A stretch of 62,577 nucleotides of DNA, counting the filler, from Basidioascus undulatus (lineage: Eukaryota), in assembly GCA_000826855.1 (NCBI GenBank). It is 9 parts of 9 records of this genome, joined end to end, with 100 filler letters (N's around TTAATTAATTAA, not from the genome) between each part and the next. Parts side by side here need not be neighbours in the genome. Positions count along the whole stretch, not along the records: positions 1 to 22,843 come from JTLS01000282.1; 8 more parts are not named here. One strand, given 5' to 3'. The notes beneath the pieces are model-generated. The model saw only the letters and a program-made list of their open reading frames with translations, made no database searches and was not told the origin of the DNA. Shown piece by piece: positions 1 through 12,293 of this stretch; within the stretch, counting starts at the first letter, position 1; each line of letters starts with the position of its first letter. Both the position numbers and the translations under genes were made by a program.

Positions 1-235
1 CTTCCGCTCCTCCCTTTCCTCTCGCTCCCATCCCTCTTCCGGCCTTTCCACCCCTCTTCCCTTCCCGACCTCCCTCTTTCCTTCCACAACTGCCTTTTCG
101 CTCTCCCTCCTTTTTCCTCCTTCCCCTCCCTCTTCCGTCCTTCCCCTCCCTCTTCCGTCCTTCCCCTCCTTCTTTCCTCCTTCCCCTCCCTCTTCCCTCC
201 ATCCCCTCCTTCCTCAGCTGACCTTCCACTACCCC
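1..235. repeat. Almost purely pyrimidine low-complexity tract with ~20-nt tandem units (CTTCCCCTCCCTCTTCCGTC-like), inside a NoxA intron
   Basis: C/T tract with repeated units at ~120-215, followed by branch point GCTGAC and acceptor CGCAG (235-239). Confidence 0.85.
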
Positions 236-239
236 GCAG

Positions 240-1540
240 CGCCCCCGACGACCAATACGTTTCCGTGCACATCCGCCAAGTGGGCGATTTCACCTGTGCC
301 CTAGGCCACCGGCTGGGCGCATCCAAGTCGATCGCCGCGGCGCTGAGCAAGGCCGCCCAGGCCGGCGCGGCCGTCGAAGACGAGAAGCAGCCGGGCGGTG
401 CCAGCGACTTCTACGAGGTCGACCGCGGGACGAAGATGCCTGTGCTTCGGATCGACGGGCCTTATGGAGCGCCGGCGGAGTTGCGTGGTCGGTGAGAGGG
501 GACGGAAGGAAAGGGGAGGGAGGCTGATGTGGGTGAGGGGGAGACGACAGGACGTCTTCAACTACGAAGTGGCTGTTCTGGTTGGTGCAGGCATCGGGGT
601 GACGCCGTTTGCGAGCATCTTGAAGAACATCTGGTGCGTGGTTCACCGCCTCCCGCGTCCCGCGTCCCTCCTTCATAGCACGGGACAAGGGTAATGCTGA
701 AACCGGGATGGGATGGACGACGACAGGTACAAGCAGAAGAAAGGCCGGCTCGGTGCGCTCAAGCGCGTAGAGTTCATCTGGGTCTGCCGGGACACCGGGT
801 CCGTCGTTCCCCTTTCCTCCTGCTCGTATCCTGTCCTCAGCGCTGTACGGACCCGACGCGATGGTGGGGGACAGGTCGTTCCACTGGTTCCAGTCCCTCC
901 TCGCAGCCGTCGAGTCGCAGCAGGCGGACCGTGAGTCGTGGGCCTGTGTACCTTGCATAAAGTGATACTGAGCGGAAGCGGGACAGCCAACTTCCTCCGC
1001 ATCAACATGTACCTCACGCAGAAGATCGGGCAGGACATGGTTTATAACATTGCGTTTAACGACGTGTGCGTGTTGTCTTCCTTACTCTACCCTTCCACGA
1101 ATGCTGAACCATAACCCTTCTCGCAGCGGCGCCAACTACGACCCCCTCACAGCGCTCAAGTCGCGCACGCTGTACGGCCGCCCGGACTGGAAGGGCATTT
1201 ACACCAACCTCCGCGGGGCGATCGAGGGCGGGAGCGGCTACTTGCCGGGCAGGGAGAGCTCGTTGAAGACCAGGGTCGCGGTACGTCGTTCCGTTCTCTC
1301 CCCCCTGCCCATCTGCCGTTTGGGACAGTCATGGCTTACCAACTCGTATTTCGGGGTGGGCGACGCTCGGCCAGACGTTCTTCTGCGGTCCCAGCGGGCT
1401 CGGCAAAGTCGTTCACAAGACGATCAAGAGCATGGGGACGAAGCAGACGGAGTTCTCGTGCGTCGTGTCGCTTCCTCTACTCCACGTCGTGGCTGCTGAC
1501 TGAACGGCGTCGGTGCAGGTTTCACAAGGAACACTTCTGA
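240..1540 (+). CDS. noxA: NADPH oxidase (gp91phox family, NoxA type), 3' portion, spliced
   Basis: Spliced translation: [11 protein letters not shown]...[36 protein letters not shown]...VEFIWVCRD...[12 protein letters not shown]...[10 protein letters not shown]...FHKEHF*. These are the FAD/NADPH-binding motifs and the typical fungal Nox C-terminus. The 5' part lies outside the contig. Confidence 0.92.
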
Positions 1541-3665
1541 GTCTCTTGGGCATTCATTCCTCTTGTGATCGTTTGCTCCAACTCCCCGTCACTCGCTCGT
1601 TCGTTGATATACCCCGCCCCCGTACGCACACAATCTTGTCGTCGACACCTTCATTTGTTGTATACCCTACGTTTTCTCCGAACGTGAGCGTAAGGTGAAT
1701 TGCTCCGGCTTTTGGAGCTCCATCTTGTAGCCTTGTTCGAGAAGTACGATGAGATTGTTGCGCATATGACGTTTCCTGCGAAACAAGAAGGAGAGGCGTA
1801 GCCTTGTATTGGGAAGGACTTGGGAGTCACAGATATTCACTAATTGCTGAAAAGTGATGCAATGCTCTGCGAATGAGGGTTCGAGTGTCAGGCTTGAGGG
1901 TGATTGGCAGAAAGCAAACTGCAGGGCGGCTAGCAACTCCTTTGCAGCACGCCTTCGGATAAGCGGGGGAGGCTGCCTCTCCCGTTATCCATTAAAGAGT
2001 GTCAAGAGGATCCTCAGCACAAAGCGGCATTTGAATCTGTTCTTGGCCTGGGACGGTTCAAGCTCAGCAGCACACGCCGTAGAACTTCGCGGTAGAAGAC
2101 GCTGTTGCTTCGGTTCGCTGCTGCCTTGCCAGTTTATGTGCGCTTGAGCAGTGAACACAATACGACCGCGCATACGTCAGTTCGCTGGGCTCGTGATTCA
2201 GATGCCGTAAGCCCCGAAATTGGTCCACAGCCAGGCCACACACTGGTGGGTCTCGAGCTCGACACAGTGAATGATATCCCTTGGTATCAGATCCAGTCAG
2301 ACCAAAATAATCGTCGCATTCCCATTCTTTTGTGTAGGAAGGACCTCCGTCTCTCTGCGCGATTGCTTTTTCCCCGCGGCGTGCTGGTTGACTCTTGAAG
2401 CGATCCGACGACCCGCCGTCCGCGCCGGCATGCTCCGAGTGCGCCCCTCCGCCCGGGAAGAGGACCCTCATTGCTGGATAACCCGGAAAGAAAGACCAAT
2501 CAAGCTGTTTAGAGTCGCTGGCTATCTTGCTCACAAGTGCGGTCCGGTGCGGGCAGCGTGGCGTCTACACTGGGCCGATTGACCTGCTTGATCGGACGTC
2601 TGCCGCATTGATCGACAGAGAACAAGCAACCGAGAAAAATTTCAGGAAGGCTCAAGGCTGGAGCCGCGGAGGGTCAGTGACCAGGACGGTAGGCCTTGGT
2701 ACGCCTGGCTCGCAGCGTTGAAAGCAGCGATCAGTGATCGGCCTGTCCGCTGCACGCGAAGACTTCGCCGTACGCCACAGCCGCCGAATGAGGGGGCTTC
2801 CAACTACTAGGCGTGCTTCATGAGCGATCGTCAGAGGCCTATGCCCAGCGGCGACTGCGAAAAATTTGTGAACATTTCGCACCGGCTCGGTGCTGTCGGT
2901 TCTGGACCCAGCGCTTTCGGATCCGGATGCTGCTCTTTAAAGGTTTGAACTCTTGAGCATGCGAGGAACTATCAGAATGTGTTTCTCGCTGGGAAGCCAT
3001 ATCGTTCCTGAAGATGTAGCATTAATCTACTGTGAAAGATTTGGTCGAAGGCTCGTCATGTCTGAAGATCGCTACGTACGTACATACACCTGGGGCTGCT
3101 TTCGCTTCAGACTCGCCTTCACTCCGGGGCAGCATGCTTTTTCTCGAGGCCAAGAGACTAATGCGGATCATCTGCCGCACATCATCATGACACCATTGGC
3201 CTGAGAGGGCTTGTTTCTTGTGATTCGGAAGAGCAGTTCTCGGTCTGCAACGGTTGAACGCAGATAATGCCAGACTACTCCCCACGTGAGGGGTGATGGC
3301 CGTTCCTTACCCCATATTTGCTCCATCTTTGGCGTCTTGGAAATTGCTGGGCCTACTGCGGGGCACTGTCTGGGGATCTGTGGAGAGCAAGCGATAGGAT
3401 GGGTCTCCGCAGACGAGGCCAATGCGGGCCGATGAGCGAAGGCCAAGGCGTGCGTGTCTTGGCTCGTGTGCACACTGCGTGAGTGGCGAAATTCACTGTC
3501 TGGCATTGCGCTTGCAGTCGTTTCGACTATCTGTCGACCGCCGAACACTCCGCTCCGCCTTAAAAGCAATACGGGCGGTCCTCGGCGGAAAGATCCCCGT
3601 TTCCCTTTCGACAACCTTTTCCTCCTCGCATTCACACTTGCACACGACCGCGACGACCCGCCCAC

Positions 3666-6600
3666 ATGGCGTTCAAGGCCGACGAAAAGCACTTTGAAGA
3701 GAAGATCGAGCGCACCAAGCTCGATTCTTCCAGCGACGAAGTTAGCAACAACGTTAACGCCAAACTCGCCAACCCGCTCGCCGGCAAGTCGGACGAGGAG
3801 CTCATCGCGGAGGCAGAGGCGTTCGCCCGCGAGCATGACTTGCTCGATGCGTGCGTCATACTTTACTAGCATGACCATCGGTCTTTTCAGAGCTTTGGCT
3901 GATATTTGAAGGTTTCCTCAGAGTGGAAGAGCTGCGGACGGGCGCCATTCTCGCCCGTGACCCCACAGCCTTCGACACGATGTCGTTCATCTCTCCAGAA
4001 CTGAAGGAGGAACTCAGGAAGGAATTCACGCACAAATGGAGGCACACCAAGACCCTGTAAGAACGGTCCTTTTCACGAACTCTACAGGCATCTTAATATT
4101 TCACTTTCAGTTATGCGCTCGTTGCCTGCTGTTCGATGGGCGCAGTTGTTCAAGGTTGTCTAAGCCGCCCTGTTGGGAAGACCTAATCGCGCACACTTCT
4201 GACACCGTCGGCAATTTTGCAGGTCAAGACCAGAGTCTCATCAACGCGGCAAACATCTTCTTGTGCGCCTGGGTGGCGGTCTCGTTCCGCAGTACTTAGG
4301 ACACCTTACGCTTCCGATCCTTGCAGCCCGAGACAGTTCGGCATTGGCACCAACAGCGAGCGGGACACCTGGCTACTCGGCCTTGTCAACGCTGCTCCCT
4401 ACTTCGGATGTGCCTTCTTTGCGTGCTGTGAGTCGTTAATCCATTCAAGACGTGAGCTGAGGGATCTAACAGAGCCATGGGTAGGGCTCACCGACCCGCT
4501 CAACCGTTACTTCGGAAGAAAGGGCACGATCCTGATTTCCCTGGTTTTCGCTACTTTCCCCTGTCTCTGGGCTGCATGCACAACAGTGAGTGTTTTATTG
4601 TTATGATTCTATCTTGCGCATCTGAAGCTTACACAAACCACATAGTCCTGGCAAAACGTAATTTTCCTTCGCACGTCCGGGTAAAACGGCCGTGAAACTC
4701 ATCGCGCTGTCCATACAGATGCTCGCTGCTCGCTTCGTGTTGTCTCTGGGCATTGGGCCTAAATCTTCCACTGTCCCGATTTACGCCGCCGAGTCAGCGC
4801 CTCCTGCCATTCGTGGTGCCCTCGTCATGATGTGGCAGATGTGGACCGGTGAGCTGCGGTGTTTCCAGCTGGGGTGTTTCGTCGTTGTGCTGAATGACCA
4901 TGGTTTCACGATAGCTTTCGGAATCATGATTGGTAAATCGCACCGGGGGCCGAGGCCTGAGAAGTAGAGCTTCCAACTGACCACATTGTTCGCAGGATAC
5001 GTCTGCGGACTGATGTTCTACCACGTCAAGGATACGAACGGCATCGAAGGCCTTAACTGGCGTCTGATGTTAGGCAGCGGTATCGTCCCGCCTTTGATCG
5101 TGATGGCTCAAGTTGTCTTTTGCCCTGGCAAGCCGCACTGCATCCGTTCAGGCAAACCCGCATTGAGTAAGATTATCCTGACCGACCCGTAAAATCCCCA
5201 GAGTCTCCGCGCTGGCTCATGGAAAAGGGAAAGCACCGCAAGGCCTTCGAGGCGCTTTGCAAGCTCCGCATGACCAAGGTGCAGGCCGCCCGCGATCTCT
5301 GTAAGGCTGTACTTCCCAAATGTGGTGGGAGCTGCCGGTACTGACAGGTTGTCTCAGTCTACATCAACACTCTTCTCCGCATCGAATCCAAGCTTCACAC
5401 TGGCAACCGCTACGTCGAGCTAGTCAGCAAGCCTCGCAACCGCCGGGCGACTCAGGTACGTCTCGCCTTCTGCAATGCCCGCCGTTCCGGATAAGTTCTG
5501 AAAACTTCTAATTCTAGGCTGCCTTCATTGGTGAATAATTATTCGTCTACCGAATGATCCAACCTCTGACCACACCCCATTTACATTGCAGTCATGTTCA
5601 TGCAGCAGTTCTGGTGCGTGCATCATTCAACGATAGGGCTCACTGTCCGTGTTGACTTGACTTTGCACTCCCAAACACAGTGGTGTCAACGTTATTGCAT
5701 ACGTACGCCCATATATCCTAAATTAAAGTCATGGGTAATAACCGCTAGCTTCTCGTTAGTACTCCTCTCGCATCTTGGTTGAGGCTGGAGGCTTTGGCGA
5801 TCTCGAGGCTCTGATCGGCTCTTTCGGTTTTGGACTCATCAACTTCCTTTTCGTTCGCTGCTTTTTCTTCATATACCCCATGGTCATGCTAAACAATTTC
5901 CCCATGGTAGGCACTTCCTGCTGTCTGGACGATTGATACGGTGAGCTGCTCCAATCTCCAATGTTAAAATAACCTGTTTGCTCATGAGCGTACTGGGGTT
6001 TAGTTCGGCCGTCGTAACCTGCTTCTCACGACCTTCCCGCTCATGTCTCTTTGGCTTATAATGACTGGTAAGGTGGAAAATCCGGATGCGGGACATGGAG
6101 GCTGACATTGCGCTTCTGTAGGCGCGGCCTTCTATATACCGGAGGGTGATGGCCGCCTTGCAACGATCCTTCTCGGCATTTATGTAAGCGGCTTGGCAGT
6201 TCAAGACTACATTTTTTGAACGTGCACAGGATTGACCTTCGTCACCAGCTGTTCGCCATGTGCTACTCGCCGGGAGAAGGTCCGGTGCCGTTTACCTACT
6301 CGTTCGTGGCTTTTCATATATACATCAGTCAGGGTGGAGTGCTGAGAATTAAAAATAATAGTGCTGAGGCCTTCCCGCTTTACATTCGGCCCATTGGAAT
6401 GTAAGTTGCTGGTCAGGAGCGAAGAACTCTAACGCGGCTGACGCTTCCCGCTGCGTCCCAGGTCTTTCGCCACTGCAACGTGCTGGCTTTTCAACGGAGT
6501 CCTCGCAATCACCTGGCCCTCTATGCAGGAAGCAATGACGGCGTCAGGAGGTGCGTGTTTCGTCTGATCAGGCTGGACACCCGCATCCCGCGCCACCTTC

Positions 6601-7151
6601 GCTGACTTGTCTTTCCGCCTCCCTATCCTCTATCGGCATGAAAACACATTTCAGCCTTTTGGTTCTACGCTGGCATGAATAAGTAGCTGTTATTTTCTTC
6701 AGTAGAAGGACAAGCCAGCTTATACGTGAGCCCCAACAGATCTCGTCGGCTTCCTTTTGGTGCTTCTCTTTGTGCCAGAGACGAAGGCCTTGTCGTTGGG
6801 TGAGCTTCCAGAGGGTGCGCTGCCTGCAGTATACTTAAGCTAAATATTATCGCACACTTTCAGAGGAGCTTGACCAAGTCTTCAGCGTACCTACCCGCAA
6901 GCACGCAGCCTATGGACTGCGCCAGATTTCTTACTTCTGTAAGTGCGTTGACGAACTTACGCCGGTGCCCATCTGAACCGTTCTCTACGCAGTCAAAAAG
7001 CGCATTCTTCGTCGCAAGGATGTTGTCCGAGAGGACCTCTACGAATGGGACGACTCTATGGCAAAGACCTACGTGCGTGTGCTGGTGCACATCAGACTGA
7101 GCCTGAACTCACAAGGCTTTCTCGCAGGCCCCCGCGGCTGGCGGCCACTAG
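3666..7151 (+). CDS. MFS sugar porter family transporter (polyol/inositol/hexose type), 27 exons
   Basis: Manual splicing gives [91 protein letters not shown] and [16 protein letters not shown], with stop TAG at 7149-7151. One GC-AG intron (5128-5201) and one anomalous donor (6679). Confidence 0.92.
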
Positions 7152-7391
7152 ATCTACACCGTCTGGATATGGTTTTTTACATCTCCTGTACTCTACCGGG
7201 GCCTTGCCGCCTCAGGTTCGTTCTCACTTCAATGGTTAATGTCGGTCATGAACGCTTTAAATTTCTTCGTACACCGCGCGCCGGAGCGACTGACCATCGC
7301 TCTTGACCATCATCATCGCTGCCGACGTCCTCAAACCCCCGCAGCAAGCTCAACCATCGATCGGAAATCATATTCCCCAAGGCCACGCAAC

Positions 7392-8997
7392 ATGTCCGAA
7401 AGCCTCTTCGCCACTCTTGTGCCGGAGCTCATCCTCGCCATCGGAGCCGCGTGTGACCGGGCGACGCTCAAGGCCTTCTCTCTCGTCAGCTCACTCATCG
7501 CGCCCTCATGCTGCCGCTTATCTTTAGAGGAAGTTAAAACCCCTTTTACCCTCGCAAAGATTGTGAGGCTTGTCAGGTGGGCGAAGGAATGCCCCAGGGC
7601 AGCCGGCGCTGTGAGGTGCGTCCTTGGAAAACACGCAACCATTCCAAAAGTTAAACTGGTCGGCTATGCAGGATGCTGGAGGTGGACACGATGTCCTCAA
7701 TCTAGGCCGTAAATGCCCTCCCACTCGATCTTCCCGTTCCTGCTCCTCATGCTCGCCGCCTTCCCGCGTCTTAACTCCTTCTCGGCCCTGTGGCATCCTC
7801 TCCCGCCTCACCTTCTTGCCTCTTTCGGGTCTGCCTTTACCGGGCTTCAAATAATGCATCTCGAAGTCGGCATTGAAGGATACCGTATCGACGGCGCACT
7901 TCTCGCGCAGGGCGCACTTCTCGCGCTGCGCAGTCTTGAGAGCCTCGCCGTCTACGATAGGCCCGCTCCGCACGCCACAGGAGGTCTCCAGAGCGCTGAC
8001 CCGCGGCCTGATCTATGGCTCAAGCAGATAAAAGACTTGACTGCCCTTATTTTTTCCAACGCATCGTCGCTGCGCGTCCTCGAGCTCGACTACGGCATGG
8101 CCTATTCGAGTGTTCCCGCCGCCACGCCGATGCTGTCCGTGCTTTCCCTTTTGTGCTCGATTCATGCTCGCACTCCATAATTTTGCCCTGTTCGAATGGG
8201 GGAGGCGCTTGGCGCACGATGCATATTGGGCTCTTCTCGTAGATATCAAGCGGCGAGTGACTGCCCTCGACCTTGAGGCCTGCGGCGTGGACCTCTGCAC
8301 CGCGATATTTAACACGCGGCACTTAACGAAGCTGTCCATGGTGGAGGGGTTCGGGACCGACGATTATGAAGTTGCTCTTCGAGCTCTGGATTCACCCAGA
8401 AACCTGTTTGAGTTCGACACCTCCTCTTTGTGTCCGCTCGAAAACCCGGAGCTCGCGCCCCTCTTCGCTCTCGTGCGTGCTGCGCATCCTCAAGCTTGAG
8501 CTGTCCCACGAAACACCCCCAACGCTGTTCTGGGACGACCTACGTTGCTGTATTCCCCTTGTCTGTTACTCTTTAGGCCGTCAGCTCACCAGTATACCAC
8601 CCGCTACAGACCCGGCTTGTCGATGCCCTCGCCAAGCTTCCCGAGCTTCGGCAACTGGACCTCGGCATGAGCTTGACGACGAATATGACGGAGGTGCCGG
8701 GAGAGGAATTACACTTGGCTCGCTTGCTGAACCCGGGGACCGTGTCGAGGGGCTTTGCAGCGCTGGCGACGTAACTTGGCGAGCGGCTGCCGGGGCTGGA
8801 GGAGCTTTACCTGGCGACTTGCGTTGGTCCTGACCTTGCGGCCCTCAGAAGGCGGTTCTTCTTTGGTCGGGTGGATGGGGGAGTGCATTTCGAGGTCCAG
8901 ACTCTGTAATGGTTCAATTACGTTGTTTGAAACGGAGTGCAATGACGTGGGCGCTGCGCTACGACTTGCGGTTAAGGGAGAACAATGCGAGAAATAG
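7392..8997 (+). pseudogene. F-box/LRR (RNI-like) protein, probable pseudogene
   Basis: N-terminus ATLVPELILAIGAACDRATLKAFSLVS resembles a basidiomycete F-box. LRR-like segments (LRSLESLAV, LRVLELD, VTALDLE, LTKLSM) are spread over several frames, with a stop at ~7705 and frameshifts near 8150 and 8490 that no intron explains. Confidence 0.6.
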
Positions 8998-9923
8998 TTA
9001 TTCTTTGGCTTCCATGGACAGCGTCGTTGGCTTCCGTGGACAAATTTCTGCCCTCCGAAAGCTTTCACCTGGTCAATTTGGTGGAATACTCCAACTATCG
9101 AAGGGCAACATCGCAGAGCCGGACGTTAGCACCGTTGCGCTCAACTAGGAGCTGAGGGCCCAGCGATAGAAGGGATGAGCTGGTCAGGTTTTCTAAGCCT
9201 TTTGAAAAGATTCCGAAGGCACGTTTTATAGGAAGCTTCTCAGTTTCAAAGGGGCAACGAGCAGCGATCGAGTTCGACAGCTTCGTAGAGCAGCGAAATC
9301 CTGCGGACGCGCGCGAGAGGGGGACGGGTGCTGATTGATTTCTCGTCTTTCGTATAACACTTTTAAGGGATAACAAGTGGGACAAGCCAATATCTGCCCA
9401 GAGTGGGTACGCTATGCGAGCAGGATAGACGCGGAGTACGACGAAAGCTGCAGGTCCGTAGAGCGCCGCGACCAGGAAACGCGTGAGAGGATTAAAGAAG
9501 ACATTGGACGTTTATCTTGACTCTTGCTTTTTCCCTGGACGGTAGTCACGGCCGCTATAGAGTGATCTGCAGATATGTTTCGTGAGCGGGACAGCGCGCT
9601 GTCTGGACGACGGCTCCGTACATCAGTGACAGACCAGAGGAAGGGCGAGGAGGAAAGAGGTGTTGAGTCTGAAATCCTGAGTCTTGAGCCTTGGCTTAAA
9701 AGGGTATTGAAGTCGTATACCGCGCCACCTGCAGTCGGTGCGCGAGTTGAGCAGACGGAAGGCGTAGCCGTCGCTGCTGATCCTCGTCCGCAGCGGTAGA
9801 CGTACGGCTTACCTTCTGATTTTTGCTGTCGTGCGACCGTTCAAAGTTTTCAGAGGTGTCTTGATACTGAATAATTATTTGAGTAAAAGTTCTGCATACG
9901 TACGTTTATAATGTCCTCCTCAT

Positions 9924-10460
9924 TAGAAGGATTGCCAGCTGACGCTGCGAGCCGGACCACAGATGGTCAGGTTCCTCCTTGTACTACTGTTCGTGCCAGA
10001 GATGAAGGCCTTGTCATTGGCTGAGCCTTCAGAGAGTGCGCTACGTAATTTATTCAACTAAATTTTACTACGCACTTCCAGAGGAGCTCGACCAAGTCTT
10101 CAGCGTGCTTACCCGCAAGCACGCAGCCTACGGTCTCCGGCAGGTTTCTTACTTCTGTGAGTGCATTGACGAACTTACGCCGGTGCCCATCTGAAACGTT
10201 CTCTGCTCGGTCAGCAAGCACATTCTTCGTTCGAAGGATGTTGTCAGAGAGGACCTCTACGAATGGGACGACTCTATGGCAAAGACCTACGTGCGTATGC
10301 TGGTCCATGCTGATCCACACAGACTGATCCTGAACTGACGGCTGGGGGTCACTAGATCTACACTGTCTGGAAATATTTCTCTTTAGGTCCCTTGTATACT
10401 GCCAGGGCCCTGTAGCCTTGGGTTCCTTCTCACTGCAATGGTTAATGTCGGTCATGAACG
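9924..10460 (+). pseudogene. Truncated, degenerate tandem copy of the 3' end of the sugar porter (homologous to 6703-7254)
   Basis: Aligned by eye: the last exons, introns and 3' flank are recognisable. Donor GT is changed to CT (~10021), acceptor CAG to CGG (~10209), and the last acceptor is deleted. Confidence 0.9.
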
Positions 10461-11657
10461 GCTTTGTGAACAAAATCATGTGCTTGCGCACTATGAATCT
10501 TTATCAAGACTGCAGAACCTCGAAACATTAAGTCAAATTAAGTCTTTACTGTCAGCCAGTACACCGTGAGTGGCGGCGGAACGCGGAAAGTGAAGAGCGG
10601 TCACCGCCGTCAACACCGCGATCACATGAAGGCTCGTCGCTACTTGACTTATACAGTGGAGATGAACATGGGGCGTTGTTATTGCTCATCCTGAAACCCT
10701 GTAGAACTAAGCTCAGCGGCGGTCGTCTTGGGTCGTCTTCCCAGCGGCGAACATCCTCATGAACACGTACCGGCGGTTCTTTCACCCGGGAGCGCGCAAG
10801 AAGAGTGCAATATCGACTGTTTCATGATAAATTTGCCTGAGATTTTTTTGCCGCTGTCTTTGAATGGAGTTACCCTTGGCTGCCCCATTCGCGATCAAGC
10901 GATAGACGCGCAGTTGGCAGCGACGGCTTTCAGTCGACAGCCGCCTAGCAGCTGCAACCGCAGTCACGGAAGACCAGTTCGAGTACTTACTTTCTAAACT
11001 CGCTGATATATTTTAGCTACGGGCGGAGACGTATGTCAGATTTATCCGAGTGGTGTGCAGACAATATTGCGCACCAGCGCACGGCGCCCAGTCACCGCCT
11101 ACCTCCTCGCACGTCGCGAGCTTGAGGACGACCATGACGCTACGTACCTTCAAAAGCCACTTTCTTGTCTAATTCATGAATAATCAAGCCCAGATGGCGG
11201 ATTTCCGGGTGAAACCCAGAGTACACACCAATATTAACGACACTTGCAGTCACCGGAGAATTTTCTATGTTTCTTGCCACCCTGCAAGACAGAAGACAAG
11301 CTTTGCCTTACAGTAATTCTATCCTTTTTTGCTTGAGGAGACTGCGCCTGATAGTTACTCTCTGTCAGAAGTACAGCTGGCGGTAGGGGCGCTTCAGGGA
11401 AGTGGTATGTGGTGAAAGACACAAGAACAGTGTAGCAGCTCGCGCTGGGGGTGGACGAGGGAGTGTAATGTGTTGAAAGATAACGAAAAAAACAGCGTAA
11501 CACCTGCAGGTGGGCGCGGATGGCGGAAGCGGTCTGTGGTGAAAGAAGGAGATGGTAGCGGTGACGCAGCAGCTGAGAGAACCAATCATCATGGACACAT
11601 TTCGTCGAGTGTGCTCCCATCCCCCTCTCCCTTGATCTCCCTCTCCCTTGATCTCCC

Positions 11658-11975
11658 TCATCCCGAACGGCCCTTACTCTTCTTGAACCGATGAGCAGTG
11701 CCCGACCCGCCGCCAGAAGAGCCCGCCTTCTCCTCGGTCGGGCGCTCCCGCTTCCCAGCCCTACGAGCTGCCTCCTTCGCCTTGCGACCCGGCATGCCAT
11801 CCCTCATAATGATGGCCCTGCGCTACCGCACTACCTCTTTGATCCCTGGAAACACCGCGCGCGAGCAGACCGCCTTCAGCCATTCCTCAACCTTCCCGAC
11901 AGCGTCCCACCCCTGCGCCCTCGCCTCCTCGAGAAGCGCACCGACGTACGCCTCGAAAGGGTCGGCGAGCACAAT
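11658..11975 (-). pseudogene. Relic of an RNase III-domain gene (C-terminal part)
   Basis: VLADPFEAYVGALLEE matches the RNase III catalytic helix ADxFEAxxGA. In-frame TAG at 11823-11825 precedes a basic tail. I found no upstream ERLEFLGD-type exon. Confidence 0.6.
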
Positions 11976-12293
11976 TGGTTGAGGTGTATGAAAGCGATTG
12001 GGCTGATGATGAGCGTGTTCTGCACATTCAAGTTTTGATATATCACCGCGGCCTGGAAACGACAGACAGGCTTGTGTTGCATGCTGCAGCCACACTTAGC
12101 AAGTCGAAGCAGATCGTTCCTATCGCAGGGCGTCGCAGTTGTGGTATACAATGGAAAACACAGCTGAAGCCGAACTCAGCTCAAAGAGAGTAAAACAAAA
12201 CTAACTCTAAAAATCTAACAGAGGATGAAATGGAACTACAACAGAAGAAACACGAGCCTATGGTTTGAGAGGAAGGGGAGGGGAGGGCTGCGC

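Noticed and set aside
1667..3200. Possible LRR or other gene relic on the minus strand (e.g. QVLPNTRLRLSF)
   Set aside because: Only a vague resemblance; no consistent exon chain or motif.
9000..11500. Transposon explaining the duplicated segment
   Set aside because: No transposase or RT motifs, terminal inverted repeats or target-site duplications seen.
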